Source: Desulfuromonadales bacterium (lineage in GTDB: Bacteria > Desulfobacterota > Desulfuromonadia > Desulfuromonadales > SZUA-540). From it: DNA of 64,000 bases. Below, one piece after another: positions 9,083-17,767 of this stretch. The notes under the pieces are model-generated. The model saw only the letters and a program-made list of their open reading frames with translations, did not search any database and was not told the origin of the DNA. The stretch is taken from assembly GCA_033549025.1 (NCBI GenBank), contig JAWSUS010000012.1, positions 1 to 64,000 on the forward strand, read 5' to 3'. A program made the position numbers and the translations under genes. Every line of letters begins with the position of its first letter. Positions within the stretch are counted from its first letter, which is position 1.

Positions 9083-9728
9083 AGCTCTGAAAAGCATAAG
9101 CATCGTCTGCGTCGATGACGAGCAGGACGCTCTGGACCAGATGTATCTGGCCCTGAACAGTTTCTGCAAAAAAACCGTCTGTGTCACCAGCGCCGAAAAG
9201 GCCCTGCAGGCTATCGAGGAGGAACCGCCCGATATCGTGCTCACCGATGTGCGCATGGCGGGCAGTACGGGGCTCGAACTTCTTGCCGCCGTGAAGAAGC
9301 AGCACCCCGGCATTGCCGTCATCATCGTCTCGGCCCATTCGGAATCGGAATACCTGCTCGACGCGATTCGCCTCAAAGCGGACGGCTACCTGCTGAAGCC
9401 GCTCAACCTCTATGAAATGCTGGAGCTGCTTTCCGGTGTCGCGTCACAGAAGATGATGAGAAAAGAACTCGATCTCAAGAATTTCCTGCTGAAGATGCTC
9501 AACTCCATCGGTGGCAAACGGGTTCAGATCATCGAGTACATCATCAGCCGTCTCGATGACGATCTGATGTTTCACGGTACCTACGACGAAGTGGCCGAAG
9601 CCTTGAGTGCTAGCAAACCCACCGTCGTCAACGCTTTCCAGATTCTGCTGGAGAACAAAATCCTGGTGCGGGTCAAAAACGGCCTTTACAAGATGACCAT
9701 GGATCTCAGCGGCACCAAAGGGGCCTGA
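9072..9728 (+). CDS. Response regulator with atypical RepL-like winged-helix output domain
   Basis: REC domain (VDDE, TDVRM, LLKP); C-terminal GTYDEVAEALSASKPTVVNAF..KNGLY; overlaps the kinase gene. Confidence 0.85.
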   Translation: MNLEALKSISIVCVDDEQDALDQMYLALNSFCKKTVCVTSAEKALQAIEEEPPDIVLTDVRMAGSTGLELLAAVKKQHPGIAVIIVSAHSESEYLLDAIRLKADGYLLKPLNLYEMLELLSGVASQKMMRKELDLKNFLLKMLNSIGGKRVQIIEYIISRLDDDLMFHGTYDEVAEALSASKPTVVNAFQILLENKILVRVKNGLYKMTMDLSGTKGA

Positions 9729-9766
9729 TCGGCCTGATCCGACCGGATTGTTCTTGGCTCCACATG

Positions 9767-9812
9767 AACGGGATTTTCTCGACGTCAGTTTTGAGAGAAT
9801 CCCGTTTTTTTC
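9767..9812 (+). terminator. Probable terminator
   Basis: AACGGGATT...AATCCCGTT stem followed by a T-run. Confidence 0.5.
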
Positions 9813-9931
9813 CTTTAGGCGGCAACCGACAAAAAATGGCCAGGGCTTGAAATGTCTCTCCTGACGTGCTAAATAAGACCGAATTGGTCATTAATTGTGA
9901 TGTGAAGTCAACTTTCAGGAAGGAGTCAGGT

Positions 9932-10396
9932 ATGGCCGCATTTATGGAGTGGAACGACAAGATCAGCGTGGGAATCGAGGAGATTGATGAGCAGCACAAG
10001 CAGCTGCTCGATCTCATCAATCGCCTTTACAGCGCCATGGTTTCGGGGGAGCAGAAGCTGCAGGTCGCTAAGGATGTTCTCAACGAGCTCATGCAGTACA
10101 CCATCGTGCATTTTGCCGTGGAGGAGTCCCTCTTTCGCATTTTCAACTATCCCGACTACGAAGAGCATTGTGCCCACCACTACAAGCTGCGGGAGCAGGT
10201 CATCGACATCAACCGCAAGGTGCAGAGTGGCGAAAAGATGGTCACACCCGAGCTGCTGGTCTTTCTGCGCAAGTGGCTGACCAACCACATTATGGTGGAA
10301 GACAAGGCCTATGCGCCGGTTTTGCTGGAGCGAGGGCTGAAAAAGAACTGGGAGAAAAAAAGCTGGATCGGCAAGATCTGGTCGGTGGCGAGCTGA
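9932..10396 (+). CDS. Bacteriohemerythrin
   Basis: W..SVG..IDEQH, HFAVEE, HCAHH, WLTNHIMVED; AGGAG RBS before ATG 9932. Confidence 0.92.
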   Translation: MAAFMEWNDKISVGIEEIDEQHKQLLDLINRLYSAMVSGEQKLQVAKDVLNELMQYTIVHFAVEESLFRIFNYPDYEEHCAHHYKLREQVIDINRKVQSGEKMVTPELLVFLRKWLTNHIMVEDKAYAPVLLERGLKKNWEKKSWIGKIWSVAS

Positions 10397-10414
10397 GGTG
10401 GAAGTCACCCGCCG

Positions 10415-11284
10415 CTAGTCTGCTGGCCGCTGACCGACGAGCACAATACGGTTTTTGGGTCGGATTAGCTTCTGCAGCCGATTGTCGGGAGGGAAAAAGC
10501 CGCTATCCTGCCGGATGACCCGGAAGCCGACCCTCTCAACGAGCTCGGCCAGCTGCTGCGGTCGGAAAATCTGCTTGTGCCCGTAGGGTACCGGTTCGTA
10601 AAAGGTATCGAGAAAGAGGGTCGCCTTGCCGCCAGAGAGGCGGTAGGCCCCCTCGCCCAGCCGGTAGGCCAGGGCGTCCCGAGAGGGGGTGTCGATAAAG
10701 AGATATCCCCCCGGCTTGAGGCAGCGTCTGGCGCCGACTAAGGTTTCCATGGGAAAATTCACGTGTTCGATGACGTCCCACAGGGTGATGAGGTCAAAAG
10801 ACGCGACGTTCTCCCGGTGTTCGCAAAATGTTTCAATCGTCTCCTCCTCCAGTTCCAGACCGAATTTCAGGCGGGCGAACTGCCGCCGCAGGGCGCTCGG
10901 CTCCAGGCCGCGGGCCTGGGCGCCTTCCTCGCTCATCCGCTGTATGAACTGACCCGTCCCCGCCCCGATATCGAGCAGCCGTGCTCCCGCCAGCGGTCGC
11001 TGCTCCCGCACCAGCTGCAGGCGCAGGGGGAGCAGGGGATCGACGTCGTGCATCCGCTGCTCCATGTACTGCCGTGACCGTTCATCCAGAGGCTTCTCCT
11101 CATTAGAGCCGGACAGGAGAATGATAGGATCAAGTCGGTCGAGGGCGTGAAAATCACAACGGGAACAGCCATAAATCGTCTGGCGAGCCAGGCGGTAAAG
11201 CGGCTTCGCCGACAGATTGCCGCAGTATTTGCAGCGGCGGAAATCGTAGTCCGTTTCTGGTTGAGAGGGGACAAAAGTCTGCAT
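10415..11284 (-). CDS. Class I SAM-dependent methyltransferase with N-terminal CxxC/CxxC
   Basis: LLDIGAGTG, FDLITLWDVIEHV, LKPGG. Confidence 0.88.
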   Translation of the reverse strand: MQTFVPSQPETDYDFRRCKYCGNLSAKPLYRLARQTIYGCSRCDFHALDRLDPIILLSGSNEEKPLDERSRQYMEQRMHDVDPLLPLRLQLVREQRPLAGARLLDIGAGTGQFIQRMSEEGAQARGLEPSALRRQFARLKFGLELEEETIETFCEHRENVASFDLITLWDVIEHVNFPMETLVGARRCLKPGGYLFIDTPSRDALAYRLGEGAYRLSGGKATLFLDTFYEPVPYGHKQIFRPQQLAELVERVGFRVIRQDSGFFPPDNRLQKLIRPKNRIVLVGQRPAD

Positions 11285-11614
11285 GACCGGTAAATATGCC
11301 TGAATGGGGGGATGGAATTCCCTCGTGTACGTAGCCTGTTCTTTGCGCGGTGAAGGCGCCTCGTCGTACGGGAACCCGCTAACCTGCTCGATTCTGCTAA
11401 TCTACTCGAAATCGCCTCAAAATCCAAATAGAGACAGCCGCCACGCCTGAGGGTCGCTGCCCTTTGCCGACGCGACGAGACAGTGCGACAGGATGGATTA
11501 AAAAACCCCTTAACAAATAGCAAGTTGCCGCCACAATGGTATCCTTAGGGTGAAGGGTATCTTTTCTGAAAAATTTGGCAAACAAAAGCCTGTCTTCCGC
11601 AAGGATGTCTGCTT

Positions 11615-12475
11615 ATGGCCAGACAACGGATGATGCTCCTGGCGCTTGGAGTCGTTTTCTGTGCGACTTCAGGTGGCTTGGCCGGCTGTGAAAGTTCCTG
11701 GGACAAACCGCCAGAGGCTGGCGGCCAGATTTTGCGCCTAGCCACGACCACCAGTGCGGCCAATTCGGGACTGCTCGACGTGCTTATCCCCTTTTTCGAG
11801 CAGAAGACAGGTCTCGATGTGGAGATCACCGCCGTGGGAACAGGTAATGCTCTCGCCATGGGAAGAGAGGGGAGGGCCGATGTCATTCTGGTGCATTCGC
11901 GCGTGGCGGAGAACCAATTTGTCGCTGAGGGCTACGGTCTAAATCGGCGGGACGTGATGTACAACGACTTTGTGCTTCTTGGCCCCGCCAACGATCCGGC
12001 CGGTATCAGGGGCGATATGGACGTGGCGTCGGCCCTGCGCAAAATCGCCGGGAAGAAAGAGCCCTTTAATTCCCGAGGTGACAACTCGGGGACCTACCTC
12101 AAGGAACTGGAATTCTGGCGGCTGGCCGAAATAGAACCCCAGGGGGCCTGGTACGTCAAGACCGGCAAGAGCATGCTGGAGACGTTGCGGGCGGCCGCGC
12201 TCCGCCAAGCCTATGTGCTGTCGGATCGAAGCACTTATCTTTTTCATCGTGCCGAACTCGAGCTTGTGGTGCTTTGCCAGGGCGACCAGCGCTTGTGGAA
12301 TCCTTACGGCGTTATTGCGGTCAATCCGGTCAGGGTCAAGGGGGTGAATTACGAGGCGGCCATGCAATTTATCGATTTCCTCGTTTCGGAAGAAGGCCAG
12401 AAGATGATCCGAAATTATGGCCTGGCCGACTTAGGGCATTCCCTTTTTAAGCCCTTGGCCACTCCCGGGTTGTAG
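11615..12475 (+). CDS. tupA: TupA-like tungstate-binding lipoprotein
   Basis: LAGC lipobox; ATTTS..SGLL, VGTG.AL, SRGDNSGT, YVLSDRST, NPYGVIAVNP motifs. Confidence 0.85.
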   Translation: MARQRMMLLALGVVFCATSGGLAGCESSWDKPPEAGGQILRLATTTSAANSGLLDVLIPFFEQKTGLDVEITAVGTGNALAMGREGRADVILVHSRVAENQFVAEGYGLNRRDVMYNDFVLLGPANDPAGIRGDMDVASALRKIAGKKEPFNSRGDNSGTYLKELEFWRLAEIEPQGAWYVKTGKSMLETLRAAALRQAYVLSDRSTYLFHRAELELVVLCQGDQRLWNPYGVIAVNPVRVKGVNYEAAMQFIDFLVSEEGQKMIRNYGLADLGHSLFKPLATPGL

Positions 12476-12487
12476 AGGTGTCCTGCC

Positions 12488-14305
12488 ATGACCCTAAAAC
12501 ACAAAATGCTGGCCACTTTTATCCCCATCGTGCTGACGGCGATTATTGTCACTGCCGCCATCAGTATCTACCTCTTTTATGACCGCCAGCACAAAGAACT
12601 GGAAAAAGATCTGCGTCGCGCTCTGCAAAATATTGAATTGGAAATCGAGCAACTCTCTTATTCCGTTGTTTATTTGACCCAGACCGCCATGCAGCAGGAG
12701 GACGCCGTACGCGCTCTGGCGGCGAACGACCGGCAGGCTCTTTTGCGGCTATCCATCCATATCAAACGTTTGCTCAAAGCCGATACGGTCAGAATCCTGA
12801 ACAAAGAGGGGGTTGTGCAAGCCGATTCCTATCGCCAGACCCAGTACGGCCAGCAGGAAGGGGACCGTCCTGGTCTTCGGGAGAGTCTGGCCGGCCAATC
12901 GGTCAAAAAGCTGGAAAGCTCTGAGCTCGGTCTGGCGTTGACCGTTTTTTCTCCGATAGACGGAGTCCATGGCGTCGCGGGGGTGATCGAAGTCGTCTAC
13001 CCGCTGAATCTGAAATTTCTGGCACAGATCCAAAGCATACATGGCATCAAGGCCCTGGTTTATGACGGTGACCGCTTGCAGGCTACCACCTTCACCCGAG
13101 CGGCGATTCTTCAGGCGCCAGGCCTGCTCGACTTAAAAGAGAGATCTTTGCATGAAAAAAAGGTGTTTTTTGAAGAGTTGTCCCTCGATGGCATGCCCTA
13201 TTTTGTCGCCTCCAGGCCCGTAGTTAGCGGGCAGAAGACGGAAGGGGCCATCCTGTTGGCCGTGTCCCATGAAGAGATCCACCGGACTGTCCGATTGACG
13301 GTCTTTGCCCTGCTGGGTTTCATGGTGGTGGTCGGCGGACTGGCCACGCTGATCAGCCTGAAAACGGCATCCGAACTGGCGGAGCCGCTCAATCGCCTGG
13401 TTCAGATCACGGAGGATATTGCCAACGGCGACCTGACGCGAGAGGTCAGGGTCGATGGCGTAGGGGAGATCAGGAAGCTGGGCGTTGCCTTTAACACCAT
13501 GACGCAGAAACTGAATCTGTCCATGACCTCCATCGACAATCTCCATCGCGAGATTGCCGAACGGAAATCGGCGGAAGAAAATCTCCAGAAGGCCAACCGG
13601 GAGCTTGAGGAGTTTACCTACACCGTTTCCCACGATCTGCGTACCCCTATTACGGTGATCGTCAGCTACGCGGACCTCGTGAAAGAGAATTATCGGGGCA
13701 GGCTGGACGCGAGCGCCCTGGAATATCTCGATGAAATTATCGCCGCCGGGGAAAAGATGGCCAAGCTGATGGATGATCTGCTGGCCCTGGCCAAAGTGGG
13801 AAAAATCCCGAAGGAGGGGGAGCCTTACGACAGCAGGGAAATCGTCGATGAAGTGATCTATGGACATTCCCTTGGGCTGGCCTCATCCGGCACCGTTATC
13901 GAGCTGGGATCTTTGCCCAAGGTGCAGCTGCCTAAAAGCCTGCTCTTTCAGATAGTCGACAACCTGATTGGTAATGCGGTTCGTTATGCAGCGGCGTCAG
14001 GTGGGGTCATTCGGGTAGTCGGGGAGCGCAAGGACGAGCAGGTACGGTTCAGCGTCAGCGATCAGGGCCCCGGTATTCCATCCGAAGAGCGTGAGCGTAT
14101 CTTTGAGGTGTTTTTCCGCGGAGCAACCGGAAAAAAACAGGCAGGTACCGGGATCGGCCTTGCCACGGTTCGAAAAATCGCCAGACTGTATGGAGGCGAT
14201 GCCTGGGTTGAGGAAACCCCTGGCGGCGGCAGCACCTTCTGGGTTGCAATGGTGGATCAGCTTACCATTGGGGCGGAGCCGAATTCCAGCGAGGACATCT
14301 CGTAA
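12488..14305 (+). CDS. Sensor histidine kinase (periplasmic Cache-like, HAMP, HisKA, HATPase)
   Basis: Two TM segments, HAMP, VSHDLRTP, NLIGNA, DQGPGI, GTGIGL. Confidence 0.9.
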   Translation: MTLKHKMLATFIPIVLTAIIVTAAISIYLFYDRQHKELEKDLRRALQNIELEIEQLSYSVVYLTQTAMQQEDAVRALAANDRQALLRLSIHIKRLLKADTVRILNKEGVVQADSYRQTQYGQQEGDRPGLRESLAGQSVKKLESSELGLALTVFSPIDGVHGVAGVIEVVYPLNLKFLAQIQSIHGIKALVYDGDRLQATTFTRAAILQAPGLLDLKERSLHEKKVFFEELSLDGMPYFVASRPVVSGQKTEGAILLAVSHEEIHRTVRLTVFALLGFMVVVGGLATLISLKTASELAEPLNRLVQITEDIANGDLTREVRVDGVGEIRKLGVAFNTMTQKLNLSMTSIDNLHREIAERKSAEENLQKANRELEEFTYTVSHDLRTPITVIVSYADLVKENYRGRLDASALEYLDEIIAAGEKMAKLMDDLLALAKVGKIPKEGEPYDSREIVDEVIYGHSLGLASSGTVIELGSLPKVQLPKSLLFQIVDNLIGNAVRYAAASGGVIRVVGERKDEQVRFSVSDQGPGIPSEERERIFEVFFRGATGKKQAGTGIGLATVRKIARLYGGDAWVEETPGGGSTFWVAMVDQLTIGAEPNSSEDIS

Positions 14306-14314
14306 CCCGGTCTT

Positions 14315-15352
14315 TTACCGGTGGGGAAAACCGTTGTCGTCAAATCGCAGATCGGTGAACGCAAACAGAAACTCGTGCTCGCGGTGGCGAAAAAACCACT
14401 GATTTTTGTGGTTGAAGCCGAGCAGGCGGCTCATGGCCGCCAAGTCGAGCTGCCAGCCTTCGTCGCTCAGGCGAAAGAAGTAAGGGGCGGCCTGCCGATT
14501 CTCGATGGGAAAACGTATTACGGCCAAGGGGCTGCTGATGTGCTCTTCGGCCAGGGGGAGGTTCTGCTCCAGCCCTTTGCGCTCGTTGTCCTGCTGGGCG
14601 CTGGTTACCAGCCATTGGCGAAAAAACTCCCGGGTGGCCGGGGTGTAAATCCCCAGCTCGGGATCCTTGATGTGCCCTTGCAGCGCCTCAAGATAGCGCT
14701 CCAGCGTCTGCCGGGGTGAGGGTTGCGCGGCAAAGGGAACGCGGTCTTCCGCCGCCTCTTTGGGGCGGGCTTCGTCGCCGATGGGAATCGCCAGGCGGGC
14801 GCCCGCCCCGCCGCTGAGGTGTTCCAACCTGGTTTTGCCGCCATCGTCGGCGGGAACTTCCCCCAGCGCCCTTCCCACCAGCAGTTCCACCGTGGCTTCC
14901 ACGCCATCCGCTAATCGTCCCGCCGCAAAAAAGGGAGCCATCTGCTCCCGTTCCACATAGCCGACAAAACCATCGGGAAAGATGCCTTCCAGGTCGTAGC
15001 CGATCTCCAGCCGCACCTGTTCGCCGACAGGGTCGATCAGCAGCAGCACACCGCGAGCGCCGTTGGTGGTGCTGCCGAGCCGGTAAGCCTCGAACAGACG
15101 CAGGGCTTCCGTATCGAGATCGGCCGGACTTTTGGCCAGCAGAGTCAGCTGGAAATGGATGTCGACATCCTGCCGCAGGCGGCTCTGATAGGCCTCAAGG
15201 CGGGCGACTCGGCCCGCATCGAGCCGGGAGGCGCGATCATCGACCTGGGGTGTTGCGGGGGGCCGGTCGCAACCGGCAACCAGCAGGGCCAGAGTGAGAA
15301 AAGTGACTACCAGACAGCGCCGGCGACGCCGGGGTAAAGAACAGGGGGGCAT
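14315..15352 (-). CDS. TPM-domain lipoprotein
   Basis: VAGC lipobox; GVLLLI..VRLEIGYDLEG motif. Confidence 0.75.
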   Translation of the reverse strand: MPPCSLPRRRRRCLVVTFLTLALLVAGCDRPPATPQVDDRASRLDAGRVARLEAYQSRLRQDVDIHFQLTLLAKSPADLDTEALRLFEAYRLGSTTNGARGVLLLIDPVGEQVRLEIGYDLEGIFPDGFVGYVEREQMAPFFAAGRLADGVEATVELLVGRALGEVPADDGGKTRLEHLSGGAGARLAIPIGDEARPKEAAEDRVPFAAQPSPRQTLERYLEALQGHIKDPELGIYTPATREFFRQWLVTSAQQDNERKGLEQNLPLAEEHISSPLAVIRFPIENRQAAPYFFRLSDEGWQLDLAAMSRLLGFNHKNQWFFRHREHEFLFAFTDLRFDDNGFPHR

Positions 15353-15370
15353 GCAGAAGTCCTCAGGGGG

Positions 15371-16069
15371 TTAGTCCGGTTCGGGTTCCCGGAATGGATG
15401 GAGCACATCCCGTCCCCCGCGCTTTTTGTGGCTGAGCAGCAGCAGGACGACCAGGTGAGCGAGAAAGGCGAGCATGAAGGTGAAGGTGAACCAGCCGGGC
15501 AGGTTGCCGACGGCAGCCTGGTTCAGGTAGTCTTCCCAATTGGCGACGGGGCGGGGATGCAGCTTGATTTTCATCAGCCAGCCGCACAGGAGGATGATGA
15601 ACAGGTAAATATAGTTGGCGGCGATGCGGCGACCGATGGCGTAAGCGATGCTCATCTTGTACTGGGGATAGCGCAGGTCGGAGGCCAGTTCAGCACGCCA
15701 GTAGACGCCGCCGCTGTCGAAGTCCGGGTCGTCCCGCAGGGTGCCGTGGGCGACGGCGTGATAGATGAGGTTCTGGTGCATGAGACGCACACGGTATTCG
15801 TAAGCGTCGTAAAAGCGAAAGCGGCGGGCCTCGATGAGCAGCAGGGTGTAGAGGACGGCCAGCCCGAAAAGAAAGAAGGGGTGGGGAAACTCGGGATGGC
15901 TGAAGCCGAAGCCAAGAAAGGCGGCGGTGGCGCCGACAGCCCAGTTGGTGGTGCGGTCGAGCCGTTCACGCCAGGCCAGGCTGCGTTGGGATTCGGCCCG
16001 GTAGTAGTGGGCCAGGGTAGTGATCAGCTCGCTTTGAGACAGTTGTCGGTCTTTGCGCTCGTCGCTCAT
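15371..16069 (-). CDS. DUF2270-like membrane protein
   Basis: LAHYYRAE..WRERLDRTTNWA and IEARRFRFYD motifs. Confidence 0.8.
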   Translation of the reverse strand: MSDERKDRQLSQSELITTLAHYYRAESQRSLAWRERLDRTTNWAVGATAAFLGFGFSHPEFPHPFFLFGLAVLYTLLLIEARRFRFYDAYEYRVRLMHQNLIYHAVAHGTLRDDPDFDSGGVYWRAELASDLRYPQYKMSIAYAIGRRIAANYIYLFIILLCGWLMKIKLHPRPVANWEDYLNQAAVGNLPGWFTFTFMLAFLAHLVVLLLLSHKKRGGRDVLHPFREPEPD

Positions 16070-16196
16070 GATTAAACCATAGCAGAAAAACAAGGAGTTA
16101 TCACACCGGATTTTTACGCGTGCAGGGCTTCACGCCGGCCCTGAAAAAGCCTAGAATGGCTCTTTGAAACCATCGTCCAAAAGGAAGAGACAGCGC

Positions 16197-16700
16197 ATGA
16201 CCACTGGCAAGCCGACCCCGATTTATATGACACCCGCCTGCGCCGAACGGTTGCGGGCTGAACTCAAGGATATCCTCTACCGTCTGCGCCCGGAAATGGT
16301 GCAGACGGCCGCCTGGGCCGCCAGCAACGGCGATCGCAGCGAAAACGCCGATTATCATTATGCCAAACGCAAGCTGCGGCACTATGACAGCCGTATCCGT
16401 TTTCTGAGCAAACGCCTGGAGCAGGCCACCATCGTCGATCCGGTGGAGCAGGGGAAAATCGCCAAAGGCCGGGTTCTTTTTGGCGCCACCGTCAGCGTGG
16501 AAAACGAGGACGGCGAAGAGAAGGTCTATCGCATTGTCGGCGTCGATGAGCTCGACCCCGCCCGAGGTCACGTGAGCTGGGCCTCCCCTATCGGGCGCGC
16601 GCTGCTGGGCCGCTCGGAGGGAGAAGTGGTGACTTTTACCGCTCCGGCCGGTCCGGTGGAGCTGGAGATCGTCAAGGTCGAATACCTGCCGCTGGACTGA
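16197..16700 (+). CDS. greB: Transcription elongation factor GreB
   Basis: WAASNGDRSENADY, FGATV, SPIGRALLG. Confidence 0.93.
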   Translation: MTTGKPTPIYMTPACAERLRAELKDILYRLRPEMVQTAAWAASNGDRSENADYHYAKRKLRHYDSRIRFLSKRLEQATIVDPVEQGKIAKGRVLFGATVSVENEDGEEKVYRIVGVDELDPARGHVSWASPIGRALLGRSEGEVVTFTAPAGPVELEIVKVEYLPLD

Positions 16701-16860
16701 CCGCATTCACAAGAGACCAGTCGTCACCAAGCGGCCCTTGGTATAAATGTGAGGAAAATTAGGTAAATAGCTTGAGTTTGGACGAATGTGCGCTATAAAT
16801 TGAGGTCATGGGCCGGGCAGGATGGCCGGCATATTTAATCATCCAACACAGGAGGTGCAC

Positions 16861-17685
16861 GTGGACGATCAACTTAAAGCCGGGGGAGAGTATCTCGATA
16901 CCCTGATCAATCTCTTCGTTCTCTGGGGGCCCAAACTGGTCGGGGCCATTCTGGCTCTCGTCGTGGGGCTTTACCTGGCCAAAGCGGTCAGCCGAATGGT
17001 CGGTCGGGCGATGGATAAAAAGCAGGTCGACCCCTCTTTGCGCCCCTTCATGGTCAGCCTGGTCGGGACCTTGCTCAAGGTGCTGGTGGTCATCAGTGTC
17101 CTGGGTATGGTCGGCATCCAGATGACGTCGTTCATCGCCATTCTCGGTGCCGCCGGTCTGGCTGTGGGCATGGCGCTGTCGGGAACGCTGCAGAATTTCG
17201 CCGGGGGAGTCATCATCCTGGTTTTCCGGCCCTTTAAAGTCGGCGATTATGTCGAAGCCCAGGGCTACGCCGGCTCCGTCAAGGAAATCCAGATTTTCAA
17301 CACCATCCTCACCACGCCGGACAACAAGACGATTATAATCCCCAACGGCGGTCTCTCCACCTCTTCCATGGTGAACTACTCCACCGAACCGAGACGGCGG
17401 GTGGACTGGACCTTCGGTATCGCCTACGGGGACGACGTCGATCTGGCTAAAAAGACCCTGCTGGATCTGCTCCTCGGGCATGAAAAAGTTCTCAAGGATC
17501 CGGAGCCTTTCGTTGAGGTGGGAGCTTTGGCCGACAGTTCGGTCAATTTTACCGTACGTGCCTGGGTTGAGTCGGCGGATTATTGGGCCGTGCATTTTTA
17601 CATGAATGAGACGGTCTACAAGAAGTTCGCGGAAGTGGGGCTCAACATTCCTTTCCCGCAAATGGACGTACACCTGGACAAATAA
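16861..17685 (+). CDS. mscS: Small-conductance mechanosensitive channel
   Basis: GAAGLAVGMALSGTLQNFAGG, RPFKVGD, IPFPQ; GTG start after AGGAGG. Confidence 0.92.
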   Translation: MDDQLKAGGEYLDTLINLFVLWGPKLVGAILALVVGLYLAKAVSRMVGRAMDKKQVDPSLRPFMVSLVGTLLKVLVVISVLGMVGIQMTSFIAILGAAGLAVGMALSGTLQNFAGGVIILVFRPFKVGDYVEAQGYAGSVKEIQIFNTILTTPDNKTIIIPNGGLSTSSMVNYSTEPRRRVDWTFGIAYGDDVDLAKKTLLDLLLGHEKVLKDPEPFVEVGALADSSVNFTVRAWVESADYWAVHFYMNETVYKKFAEVGLNIPFPQMDVHLDK

Positions 17686-17704
17686 ACAATCCAGGTTGCG
17701 AAAG

Positions 17705-17750
17705 ACAAAAAAGAGGAGGAAGGCTCGCGAGCCTTCCTCCTCTTTTTTGT
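17705..17750. terminator. Bidirectional intrinsic terminator
   Basis: Perfect palindrome ACAAAAAAGAGGAGGAAGGCTC-gc-GAGCCTTCCTCCTCTTTTTTGT between convergent mscS and hcp. Confidence 0.85.
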
Positions 17751-17767
17751 GGGACTCACCTCGGCGA

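Noticed and set aside
11290..11614. Moco/Tuco riboswitch or ModE box upstream of tupA
   Set aside because: No recognisable consensus by eye; an Infernal scan would be needed
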